Origin: Escherichia phage ime
Reading direction: 5' to 3' (one strand)
Length of the DNA stretch: 64,000 nucleotides
Sequence record: MN850576.1
Below the pieces are notes generated by a model. It was given only the letters and a program-made list of their open reading frames with translations, was not told the origin of the DNA and did not search any database. The position numbers and the translations under genes are program-made. Below, piece by piece: positions 9,697-17,989 of this stretch (position 1 is the stretch's first letter; every line of letters starts with the position of its first letter).

Positions 9697-10193
9697 TTAT
9701 TGCGCTCCTTGTAGTAGATATGGCTCCCGAATTGAGCTGTCCTCTGCATCTTTTTTGCCCATTTCGGTCGTACTTTGGTTGTATGGTAGTGTGTTGCTCC
9801 ACCTGTTATGTCCATAGCCATGTATGCAACATGGTTGTTATTATAGACCTTTAGAAGCATCTTTGCAAGACTTTTAGCGTGATCCCATGAATCTTTTTCT
9901 GTCACCTTAAAAGTTTTGCCGTGGTTTGTCCACGAAAACTGGTTAGGTTGGTAGACAATCTTTCTTATAGTGTCTGGGTATTTAGGGTGGGATTTCCTGT
10001 TTAGTGTGGCAAACCCAGATGCCAGCATACCCATCGTGCCATCTCCTCTAGCTTCCCTGTAGATATTGCATGCCAGAATGTTTTCCTTAGTATCTGATGG
10101 CTTGCAAGTATGATATACTTTTTGTTTTTGTGCTGCAACAACAGGCAGCGATAAAAGTGCGCTCAAAATAATAGCAAAGATCTTAATTTTCAC
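9693..10193 (-). CDS. Secreted cell-wall hydrolase, SleB/Hydrolase_2-like
   Basis: N-terminal signal peptide (MKIKIFAIILSALLSLPVVAAQ); motifs NIYREARGDG and QPNQFSW. Confidence 0.55.
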   Translation of the reverse strand: MKIKIFAIILSALLSLPVVAAQKQKVYHTCKPSDTKENILACNIYREARGDGTMGMLASGFATLNRKSHPKYPDTIRKIVYQPNQFSWTNHGKTFKVTEKDSWDHAKSLAKMLLKVYNNNHVAYMAMDITGGATHYHTTKVRPKWAKKMQRTAQFGSHIYYKERNK

Positions 10194-10202
10194 AATGACT
10201 CC

Positions 10203-10230
10203 AAATAGAAAATCCCCGCCGAAGCGGGGG
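10203..10230 (-). terminator. Rho-independent terminator
   Basis: Minus-strand hairpin CCCCGC-UUCG-GCGGGG followed by AUUUUCUAUUU. Confidence 0.6.
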
Positions 10231-10242
10231 AGGTCTTAGAAA

Positions 10243-10671
10243 TTAATCGTAGTGTGCCAAAATCTCTCCATCGTTGCAAGTTCCCTCTACAAAGTTATGA
10301 AGATTCATGCACTCATCTTGATAGAAGAATTTACCGCTTTTCAGCCGTAGGCCAAACAACTCCGCATCTCCACGATGGCAAGCCTCTACAAGTTCATAGA
10401 TTTCATACGGCAACTCTCCGTCGTCATGGAAGAATCCAGCCTTATCGTTGACATAAATGAAGAAATAATCACTGCTATCGCAAGCGTCCAATATTTTAAA
10501 CCAGACTTCATCTACATCTTTTTCTCGGATATCGATCACGCAAGTGGAGCTGCATTCGTACTCCTTCTCCGGCTCCTCGGTCAATACCACCAGGTAGTTT
10601 CCCCGCTTACCTACTTTAGCCATACAACCCCCCTTAAGCTTTAGCCAAAATGGCGCTAAACTCTTCACCAA
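10243..10671 (-). CDS. Hypothetical protein (likely start 10623)
   Basis: Called start overlaps the AAA+ gene by 38 nt; internal ATG at 10623 (MAKVGK...) has a strong SD (AAGGGGGG) and is the more plausible start. Confidence 0.5.
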   Translation of the reverse strand: MVKSLAPFWLKLKGGCMAKVGKRGNYLVVLTEEPEKEYECSSTCVIDIREKDVDEVWFKILDACDSSDYFFIYVNDKAGFFHDDGELPYEIYELVEACHRGDAELFGLRLKSGKFFYQDECMNLHNFVEGTCNDGEILAHYD

Positions 10672-11818
10672 ACTCTTTTACAATCTTCATCAGGTTTGGG
10701 TATGCTTTGATCAGCTGAGCAACAATCTTGTCACGCCCTTTACCGATAAGCAAGGCATTTCCTAAGGCATTAGGTTTCATCATCGCCATAAAGACTGAGA
10801 ATACAAAATCTCGGTTCTCGTCCTTGAAGTTTTCCCAAAGGAAATCGAGGAAGTTTGCCACGCAGCTGACAAGATCTTCGTCTGAGATACTTGCATTTTC
10901 CATCATATTGCGAATAGCGATACAACCTTCAGATCCAAGAATCCACAAAATGTCTGGCTGCTTAGGACCTACGTATTCTTTGCAGCCACCTGCCATAATC
11001 CGACCGATTTCCGGTAAATTACGTTTCTTGGTGTGGTAAGTCCAGATCTCTACCGCTGCAGTGTGACCAATAGCACCTTGTAGAAGAACACGGGCCATAG
11101 CGTCAGAAATAATACCGCTGTCAAAATCGTGCAAGATGTCAGATGCAGCAACCCAAGATCGTGGTGTGGCAAAAGATGGACAATTAATCTCAGCCATAGC
11201 CTCATAATTATCAATAGCTGATGGAACTCTTTTCAGATACCCAATTACAGAGGAGTGAACCCCGTTGAGGAATGCGTAGTCCTCAATAAACACCTCTGCA
11301 TTGCTTGTAACCTCTACAATGATAAAACGGTTAGCCAGAGGGGCTTCGAGCGCCGAAAGAACCGCACCATCTGTAGAACGGTTACCCGCAGCCACAAAAA
11401 CAGAACCCTTAGGGAATGCATAGGTGCCGCACTTGTGGTCAAGCATAATTTGCATTGCAACCTTTTGCAGGTAGTTATCTGCATGAGTGAGCTCATCCAG
11501 AAAGATAATTCCGCTCCAGTCAGGATCCGCAGGCCAAAATTCTGGAATTGCAAACACTGTACGTGTAGTTCCATCCGCTTCTACAGGGATAGGTAGCCCA
11601 GATAAGTCGGCAGGATCTTTATCTGACAGTCGCACGTCAACAAGGTTGTCATCTCGCTCACCGAACATATTATCAGCGATCTGCTTCATCACCTGGCTTT
11701 TACCCACACCCATTGGTCCCAAAATTAGGACAGATCGGCTATGACGTTGGGCAAACTGAATAATAGCTGGCAACTCACGGACAGTGATTTGACCACTTTC
11801 GAATACGTTTCTTGACAT
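10634..11818 (-). CDS. MoxR-type AAA+ ATPase (CobS/NorQ-like)
   Basis: Walker A LILGPMGVGKSQ, Walker B GIIFLDELTHA; 394 aa. Confidence 0.75.
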   Translation of the reverse strand: MSRNVFESGQITVRELPAIIQFAQRHSRSVLILGPMGVGKSQVMKQIADNMFGERDDNLVDVRLSDKDPADLSGLPIPVEADGTTRTVFAIPEFWPADPDWSGIIFLDELTHADNYLQKVAMQIMLDHKCGTYAFPKGSVFVAAGNRSTDGAVLSALEAPLANRFIIVEVTSNAEVFIEDYAFLNGVHSSVIGYLKRVPSAIDNYEAMAEINCPSFATPRSWVAASDILHDFDSGIISDAMARVLLQGAIGHTAAVEIWTYHTKKRNLPEIGRIMAGGCKEYVGPKQPDILWILGSEGCIAIRNMMENASISDEDLVSCVANFLDFLWENFKDENRDFVFSVFMAMMKPNALGNALLIGKGRDKIVAQLIKAYPNLMKIVKEFGEEFSAILAKA

Positions 11819-12087
11819 TAGTAAAAGTCCTCTACTTGTGTGTAAGTGTTTTCAAAGTTTTCCAAAACAGATATCACATCGAATCTGTCAATATCATACG
11901 TGACTCTCCAGTTGTACGCAACCCTTTCTGCTGTTGCCTCTTCTGGCGCTAGTCGTCTGCTGGCATAAAAGAGTGTTGGAGTACACTTTCTTGCTTGCCC
12001 TCTAACTTTCCCATAATAATATCTGTGAATATCTTTGTCAAAATTTAACTCTTTTTCTGCACGAAGTTCATATTGCTGGTATAACAT
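11818..12087 (-). CDS. Hypothetical protein
   Basis: 89-aa ORF, start-stop coupled to the AAA+ gene. Confidence 0.45.
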   Translation of the reverse strand: MLYQQYELRAEKELNFDKDIHRYYYGKVRGQARKCTPTLFYASRRLAPEEATAERVAYNWRVTYDIDRFDVISVLENFENTYTQVEDFY

Positions 12088-12131
12088 CTCTACTACTCCT
12101 TAAGCAGCATCCTTGCCGCCATTCCTGCCCA

Positions 12132-12512
12132 CTAAAATGCAGTCCGAATCCAGACAAGGTTCTTATCTGCCCAATCATAGAGGCAAGTCATTGCACTATT
12201 GAATTGCTCACACGGAGGATAATCTTCTTCCATCTGGCGCATAGCAGAGCCTTGTGGGTAAAGCTCCCGTGCTGCAAACCACGCGTCGTAGTCATCAACG
12301 GTGTCGAAGTAGTATACAACATCCTCTAACTCAGGATCGAACTTTGAACTATCAGGATCCAGTTGTTCAGGGAACTTGGAGCGTAACTTGCCAGCCACAA
12401 TACTTGCCAACTCGCTAACATGCTTATTGTCCCACTCCACTAGCTTCCCGTCTTCAGTGATGCGTCCTAACCACTGATCATGAAGGTCAACTGTTGTCTT
12501 CCACTGAGCCAT
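12132..12512 (-). CDS. Hypothetical protein
   Basis: 126-aa ORF in a same-strand array. Confidence 0.5.
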   Translation of the reverse strand: MAQWKTTVDLHDQWLGRITEDGKLVEWDNKHVSELASIVAGKLRSKFPEQLDPDSSKFDPELEDVVYYFDTVDDYDAWFAARELYPQGSAMRQMEEDYPPCEQFNSAMTCLYDWADKNLVWIRTAF

Positions 12513-12514
12513 TA

Positions 12515-12775
12515 TCAGTCCACCTCTTCTTCTCGTTGTAGTTCAAGATACCCGTAGGTCTGGACATCTTGAAGGGTGTGGAACTCCCCCCCCTCTGCCG
12601 CTAAGGCACGAACAACTTGGCACAAAACCTTATGAGGAACTTCATCCAAACCTAGATTCAGTGCAGGAAACACCTTATCTAAGTCAACAAAATAAACGAA
12701 CTGTAGCTCACCAGCTTCAAAAGGTGTATCTTCAATAAACATCTTCTCGGCATTAGTCAAGATCTGCACTTTCAT
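12515..12775 (-). CDS. Hypothetical protein
   Basis: 86-aa ORF in a same-strand array. Confidence 0.45.
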   Translation of the reverse strand: MKVQILTNAEKMFIEDTPFEAGELQFVYFVDLDKVFPALNLGLDEVPHKVLCQVVRALAAEGGEFHTLQDVQTYGYLELQREEEVD

Positions 12776-13152
12776 TATTCTACCTCCTCTTCTTTTTCTT
12801 CGGCATTAGTTTCATGGCTACCCCACTCGGGAGTTTCCACCTCGATAGTAAACTCACGCACTACACGGTAATTGCCCATGAAGCGCTCTACTTCGTCAAG
12901 GCTTATGGAGAGGCCATTGGCAACCAGGTCTGCAGCACCCTCTTCTACCAGGTAGTCCAGATTGGCTTCCAGAGCCTCAGGTTCAAACCCTGTCAATGCA
13001 ATCAGATAACCTTCCCCTTCATCAGGGAGGACAATACAGCCCAATTGATTTTCTTTAAAAAGGCAGTGACCATCATTATTGATTGGGTGTTCATTGCAGT
13101 AAATAGCTGCACGATAAGTAACTTTAGACATCGGTAAGGTCTCCTTAGGCAA
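12775..13152 (-). CDS. Hypothetical protein (likely start 13131, MSKVTYRA...)
   Basis: In-frame ATG at 13131-13129 preceded by AAGGAG; this initiation region is part of a 29-nt inverted repeat shared with 14970-14998. Confidence 0.5.
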   Translation of the reverse strand: MPKETLPMSKVTYRAAIYCNEHPINNDGHCLFKENQLGCIVLPDEGEGYLIALTGFEPEALEANLDYLVEEGAADLVANGLSISLDEVERFMGNYRVVREFTIEVETPEWGSHETNAEEKEEEVE

Positions 13153-13423
13153 TTGTCGTTTTACATTCTTGAAATTTTAACACAAGACGGTGATTGTGTC
13201 TAGTGTCTAAAAAGATTTTTTCAACCATCAGGCACACGGTATAACCGTCAATCTTGTTGACAACAAAATCTCCAGGATGAGGGAGGATGTCTCCCGGATT
13301 GGGGAAACATAGTCCACTCAGAAAGGCATCGTCAGTGGTGGACTTAATAGATTTCCACACACTGTCTGCCTGAACATGTTCACCGACGTAATATACATTA
13401 CCACATGCCTTCATCATAGTCAA
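13145..13423 (-). CDS. Hypothetical protein
   Basis: 92-aa ORF in a same-strand array. Confidence 0.45.
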   Translation of the reverse strand: MTMMKACGNVYYVGEHVQADSVWKSIKSTTDDAFLSGLCFPNPGDILPHPGDFVVNKIDGYTVCLMVEKIFLDTRHNHRLVLKFQECKTTIA

Positions 13424-14319
13424 ACCCTCGCATAAATTAAACTTGTATCAGTATACTTCTTTAATGGGTAAATATCCTGTCCATAGATGCAATCATTAAA
13501 CACCTCATCTACCCAAAGGCTACACTTATATCCCATCATTTCTAAAACACCCATCTCTTCTTCGGTAAACTTATCACCGCTCTTGCAAGATGTCAATACC
13601 TCATTCTGAACTCTTGCTACCTCGAAGCGGTTATTGGCAATATCGCTATTGGCGATCAAATACTCACCTAGAGGGTGTGCGGCATTAAAGATGCACAGTG
13701 GACGGCTGACGTAATAGTCTCCAGGTGTATAAAAATTGTTGAGGTCTTTCACTAGAACATTCTTATCAGTCACTTCATTTATAACATCATGCATATCGCA
13801 CATCTTTATATGTTTGAGGATTCCATCCCCCATCACAAAATAAAAACTTGCTGAGACACTTTCGGCATAGATCTTACTAGATCCGTTGTAGTTGTATTTT
13901 ACTCGGATGCTAACGGGGGTTTTTCCTGTCGCGTTAGCCATCATCCAAAGAAATGGCAGCTCATACTTCTCCTCTGAGGAAACAAAAGGTGAGGTAGCCA
14001 GAGATCGAAAACCTCCAGAGAAGTTGAAAGTTACAGAACCGCTCCGGCGGTATGATACCGCGTATTCTACTTTTATATCGACATACCCATTGGAATAGGT
14101 GTGTCCTTCATTATCTAAATATGTCCACTTATCAGACCCAGATACCAATCTACGCTCAATAACCTTCATCACTATAGGAATTAATGGGTTGGTACAAACC
14201 GCTTTTGAAGTAGCTTTATCATCTAAAGCCTCGTAAATTGCAGAAAGGATGTCCCCAGCTGAAAGATTGGTTGTTATGTCCTGTTTCCACCGCGTACTAA
14301 AACTGTTAAGATTTGCCAT
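13420..14319 (-). CDS. Hypothetical protein
   Basis: 299-aa ORF, first gene of the minus-strand early block; promoter-like element upstream. Confidence 0.55.
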   Translation of the reverse strand: MANLNSFSTRWKQDITTNLSAGDILSAIYEALDDKATSKAVCTNPLIPIVMKVIERRLVSGSDKWTYLDNEGHTYSNGYVDIKVEYAVSYRRSGSVTFNFSGGFRSLATSPFVSSEEKYELPFLWMMANATGKTPVSIRVKYNYNGSSKIYAESVSASFYFVMGDGILKHIKMCDMHDVINEVTDKNVLVKDLNNFYTPGDYYVSRPLCIFNAAHPLGEYLIANSDIANNRFEVARVQNEVLTSCKSGDKFTEEEMGVLEMMGYKCSLWVDEVFNDCIYGQDIYPLKKYTDTSLIYARV

Positions 14320-14359
14320 AAGTAAGTGCTCCTATGTTAGTTTTCTTTCGAATGGGTGC

Positions 14360-14388
14360 ACTATATTGTGGAGTTAGAGTAAAGTCAA
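14360..14388 (-). promoter_or_regulatory. Sigma70-like promoter (TTGACT-N17-TATAGT) for the minus-strand early block
   Basis: Plus-strand agtcaa at 14383-14388 and actata at 14360-14365 (reverse complement TTGACT / TATAGT) with 17-nt spacer, in the divergent intergenic region. Confidence 0.5.
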
Positions 14389-14395
14389 CACGTTT

Positions 14396-15439
14396 TTGAT
14401 GTTGACATCTGTTGAGACAATTGATACGATTTCTTCACTTACAGAGCACGAGAGACGACTCATGAATCTTGAAAAATATTATACACCAGAAGAGTTAGAG
14501 CGCTTGCTCAAAAAATATAGACGCAAACAGAATAACGCACGGAAACGAGATATAGAGTTCGACCTGTCATGGGAAGAATACCTCCTATTTGGTAAAAAAC
14601 TTTTAGGAGATGGAGTATGCGACTATACCCTTATACCTTTTGACATGCACACAGATGAAAACGGGCTGGGGAATCCTTTCTACCCATCTCTGGAGCGGAT
14701 AGATGATGAAGGTCCTTATGCGGTTGATAACTGTTGTGTGGTGGGATTGAGATGCAACTCTCTAAAGGACTGTCTGGTAGATAAAAAGACTGCAGTCTTG
14801 ATTAAAGACGAAACTGATCGAAAAATTGTCCAGCAGATGATGCTCCACCTGAGCGAAGAGCGTATGGAGAAATTGAAAGGTGATTATACTTTTGAAGATT
14901 TCATCTTGCAATATGGAACGGAAGAGGATAAACTAGCACTCTTTGACGAAGAAGAGGAGGAAGATATGCTACCGATGTCTAAAGTTACTTATCGTGCACC
15001 CAAGAAGCACATTTCCGACATTGTAAACGAGCCTATCACAGAAGAGATTGAAGAAATGACGCAACAGGTGCATGAAGAGGAAAAAGAGACTCAGGAGGTC
15101 GAAGAGGAGCTTACAGAAGAGGTTCCTGCACTACCTGATGATGTTGAGATTGCCAAAGCTTACACTTTCTATTGTCAAACGTTCTACGATGTAGGTATGA
15201 AAGTTGATCTGTCGTTCAGCCAATTTAAGAGTTCGTATATTCGCAAATGCTGTGCTTTAACTGGTGAACGTCTTGGAGCTGGACTTAAACCCCTGTTGGT
15301 GACCGACTGGAATAAAGGTTTCACTAAAGGAAACTTTATGGTAGTATCTCCAATTATGGAGAAAGCTATGACAGATCTTATGAAGACCACCCGCATGACA
15401 ATGACCGAGTTGGCAGGTATTTTCAAACACGTTAAATAA
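14396..15439 (+). CDS. Composite ORF: HNH-like N-terminal region, acidic linker, C-terminal domain with internal SD+ATG
   Basis: MHTDENGLGN...SLERIDDEGPYAVDNCCVV resembles an HNH (His-Me finger) motif; EEEEED linker; in-frame internal ATG at 14975 preceded by GAGGAGG. Called ATG 14396 overlaps a TTGACA hexamer, so the true start is uncertain (alternative ATG 14462). Confidence 0.45.
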   Translation: MMLTSVETIDTISSLTEHERRLMNLEKYYTPEELERLLKKYRRKQNNARKRDIEFDLSWEEYLLFGKKLLGDGVCDYTLIPFDMHTDENGLGNPFYPSLERIDDEGPYAVDNCCVVGLRCNSLKDCLVDKKTAVLIKDETDRKIVQQMMLHLSEERMEKLKGDYTFEDFILQYGTEEDKLALFDEEEEEDMLPMSKVTYRAPKKHISDIVNEPITEEIEEMTQQVHEEEKETQEVEEELTEEVPALPDDVEIAKAYTFYCQTFYDVGMKVDLSFSQFKSSYIRKCCALTGERLGAGLKPLLVTDWNKGFTKGNFMVVSPIMEKAMTDLMKTTRMTMTELAGIFKHVK

Positions 15440-15451
15440 TGACAGGGGCCA

Positions 15452-16933
15452 ATGGCCCCTTCTGGAGTTTTAATGGATAGTAGAAGTTCAGAAATCATTG
15501 CCTCGCAGAAAGATGATGCCCTGAGAATGTTGCAGGCTGCACGTATGTATCTCCTTGAAAAGCTGCCGTTTTATGGCACACTACTGTCAGGGTTGCAGTT
15601 CGTAGAAAACCACACATGGTGCTCCACCATGGCAACCGACCATAAACGCATCTATTACAGTCCTGAGTTCATTATGGGATTGGCTGATGAACGCAAGGCT
15701 ATTCTTAAGGCTTCTCTAACTGACGAGCAGTTTGAGATGGCTGAAGTTTTCTATTCCCCAAAATCTGTGAAAGAGGTGGCCTTCCTTCTGTCACATGAGG
15801 TGGGGCATATTATCTGTGATCACCTAGTCCGTGGTAAAAGCTTTGAGCCGGAACTGTTCAATATTGCTTGTGATCACGTTATCAACACAGGCCTTGTGGT
15901 TGACTTTAGCAAACCTCCTTGTGTTTTCTTCCCGAAGGGGAAAAGCACTACGTTCATGAAAGGTAAGCCTTTTGGCTTCTTAGCCAGCTGCTACTGCGAC
16001 ATGAAGTTTCATGGATGGATTGCTGAGAACGTTTATGCAGTTCTTGATAAGCAAAGAGATCAGAATAACGGTAAAAGTAAGAACGGTAAAGGTGAGAACT
16101 CTCAAAGTGATAAGCGACAAACCGATGATCACATGAGTGGGAACGGTGGCACCAGTGATAATCTTGGAAAGGCTATGAGGTATGATCAGCCACAACCTGT
16201 AATCAGCCAATCTGATAAAGATCAGGCCATGCAGGACTCTGGTGATATGCTGGAGGCAGCAATGCAAGCGTCCGGAGGCCGTTGCCCTGAGGCGGTGCGT
16301 GAGTTTGTCAAGAACAGAGGTAAGCCTGTAATCAACTATATAGACATCATTAAGCAACGTATGTTGTCTAAAAGAAAGGCCGAACTGACCTACAGAAAAC
16401 CTGGTCGCCGATCTGGGTCTTTGACCAGCACAATGCGAAAAGTTGGGGCTATAAACAAGAACCAGCACGTTATTGTTCCTGGTCGTAATCCGGAAAACAC
16501 TATAGATATTGTGGTGGCTTTAGACGTTTCTGGCTCGATCTCTCAAAGAACTTTAAAGAAAATGTTCAATGAAATCACCGGATTGTGCAATCTGTATAAA
16601 GAGTTTAAGGTTACAATGTTCTGTTGGTCAACTGAGGTTGGAGAGGTTAAAGTATACACTCGCGGCAACATAGACGAGATGGTCAACTATGAGGTCCACT
16701 CAACATGGGGCACAACAGCTGCTTGCGTGTTCGAGTATCTGGATGCCAACATACCTAATGCAAAAGATGTCATCGTCCTGACCGACCTATACTTTGAGCA
16801 TAACTTTGAACAAAAGGTTGTTGACAACAAGTGGAAAAAGTACGATACTCTATGGGTCCTCACTGAGGGGTATAATAAAAATTATATCCCGAGCTTTGGG
16901 AAAACTGTGGAATTAATCGAGTACGCTAAGTAA
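15452..16933 (+). CDS. vWA-domain protein with N-terminal HExxH metallopeptidase-like region
   Basis: HExxH motif LSHEVGHIICDH; MIDAS motif VVALDVSGSIS (DxSxS); 493 aa. Confidence 0.7.
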   Translation: MAPSGVLMDSRSSEIIASQKDDALRMLQAARMYLLEKLPFYGTLLSGLQFVENHTWCSTMATDHKRIYYSPEFIMGLADERKAILKASLTDEQFEMAEVFYSPKSVKEVAFLLSHEVGHIICDHLVRGKSFEPELFNIACDHVINTGLVVDFSKPPCVFFPKGKSTTFMKGKPFGFLASCYCDMKFHGWIAENVYAVLDKQRDQNNGKSKNGKGENSQSDKRQTDDHMSGNGGTSDNLGKAMRYDQPQPVISQSDKDQAMQDSGDMLEAAMQASGGRCPEAVREFVKNRGKPVINYIDIIKQRMLSKRKAELTYRKPGRRSGSLTSTMRKVGAINKNQHVIVPGRNPENTIDIVVALDVSGSISQRTLKKMFNEITGLCNLYKEFKVTMFCWSTEVGEVKVYTRGNIDEMVNYEVHSTWGTTAACVFEYLDANIPNAKDVIVLTDLYFEHNFEQKVVDNKWKKYDTLWVLTEGYNKNYIPSFGKTVELIEYAK

Positions 16934-16948
16934 GAGAGGAGGTTATTT

Positions 16949-17212
16949 ATGGCAACAGAGTTAAAATTTGCATCAAACCGTAAAACTAAGAAGTATCTGT
17001 CCTCAGTAGCTCCAGGCACTGTGGTGATGTTTGTTGATGAACTTGGGGATGTGAATACAGCACTTGTTGTAAAATCACATCCTGCAAACATATATGTTGG
17101 GGTATTTGACCTGTTCAGAAAGGTGTTTGTAGAACTGCCTCACAGTTTGGTTGTTACAGAAATGGATGCCTGCATAGAAATTCTTGGCGAAGTTATGGTG
17201 GAGGAACAATAA
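16949..17212 (+). CDS. Small paralog family protein, copy 1 (87 aa)
   Basis: Strong SD GAGAGGAGG; shares MAT...GTVV...VVK...FDL...LP...VTE-D...ILGE pattern with copies 2-4. Confidence 0.65.
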   Translation: MATELKFASNRKTKKYLSSVAPGTVVMFVDELGDVNTALVVKSHPANIYVGVFDLFRKVFVELPHSLVVTEMDACIEILGEVMVEEQ

Positions 17213-17475
17213 TGGCTACCAGCATTGTATTCAATTCTAAGGTGAAGAACAAAAAGCGTGCAGACAGTTTTCCGTGTGGGACCGTGGTAAGTTGCGACGG
17301 AGACGGCATTCAAAACATAGTTATGATTGTCAAAACAGGAGAACATTGTGTGTGGGGGTTCGATTTAGAAAATAATGAGTTGTACGATCTGCCGCCAAAC
17401 ATGAAAGTTACAGAGCTTGACACCAAAATTACCATCCTTGGAGAGACAAGCTATTCAAAAGAAGGAGGAGAATAA
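17212..17475 (+). CDS. Small paralog family protein, copy 2 (87 aa)
   Basis: Start overlaps copy-1 stop (TAATG); SD GGAGGA; clear alignment with copy 1. Confidence 0.65.
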   Translation: MATSIVFNSKVKNKKRADSFPCGTVVSCDGDGIQNIVMIVKTGEHCVWGFDLENNELYDLPPNMKVTELDTKITILGETSYSKEGGE

Positions 17476-17738
17476 TGACCACAAAAATCACTATCGCAGA
17501 ACCGAAAGCTAACACTCAGCCTATCGAAAAGTTTAAGTGCGGTGAGGTGGTAACATTCACACCAGATAATGAAGATGCTAAGATTTTCGCAATGGTCACA
17601 GCTGAGTGGATGTGTGACAACACCACACAGGTTCTGCGTTTTGACACCTATCTTACCGATGAAATCAGGAACGACAAGATTGTGACTGGTGTGGATACTG
17701 AGATTGTTTTCTACAAGAGCTTTTTAGAGGGTTTCTGA
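17475..17738 (+). CDS. Small paralog family protein, copy 3 (87 aa)
   Basis: Start overlaps copy-2 stop (TAATG); SD AAGGAGGAG; diverged but same pattern (CGEVV, DTEIV). Confidence 0.6.
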   Translation: MTTKITIAEPKANTQPIEKFKCGEVVTFTPDNEDAKIFAMVTAEWMCDNTTQVLRFDTYLTDEIRNDKIVTGVDTEIVFYKSFLEGF

Positions 17739-17739
17739 T

Positions 17740-17973
17740 ATGGCAAAAATTAGAAAATTATCTAGCAATCAGGTTGTGAAAGACTTCGAATCTGGAGAGA
17801 TTCTTTATGTTCGTGATGCAGATGACGAAGGTGAAGATCTCGTTATGTTGGTGGGGCACGCTGAGGACGGATGCATCCAAGCTGTTTTTCTTGAAACAGC
17901 TATGGTGCACTGGATAGAGCTGGACCTGAAAGCACGAAAACCTAAAGCAGAAATCCTGATTTACGAAGATTAA
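17740..17973 (+). CDS. Small paralog family protein, copy 4 (77 aa)
   Basis: Directly follows copy 3; weaker similarity (SGEILYV, VMLVGH). Confidence 0.5.
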   Translation: MAKIRKLSSNQVVKDFESGEILYVRDADDEGEDLVMLVGHAEDGCIQAVFLETAMVHWIELDLKARKPKAEILIYED

Positions 17974-17989
17974 CAAAAAGGAGATAGCC

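Noticed and set aside
14399-14427. Plus-strand promoter TTGACA-N17-TACGAT at the start of ORF 14396
   Set aside because: The -35 is perfect but the -10 matches only 4 of 6 and overlaps the annotated start codon; too weak to call without transcript data.
15980-16468. Minus-strand ORF 15980..16468 inside the vWA gene
   Set aside because: It is antisense to a plus-strand gene with clear HExxH and MIDAS motifs and has no RBS or motif support.
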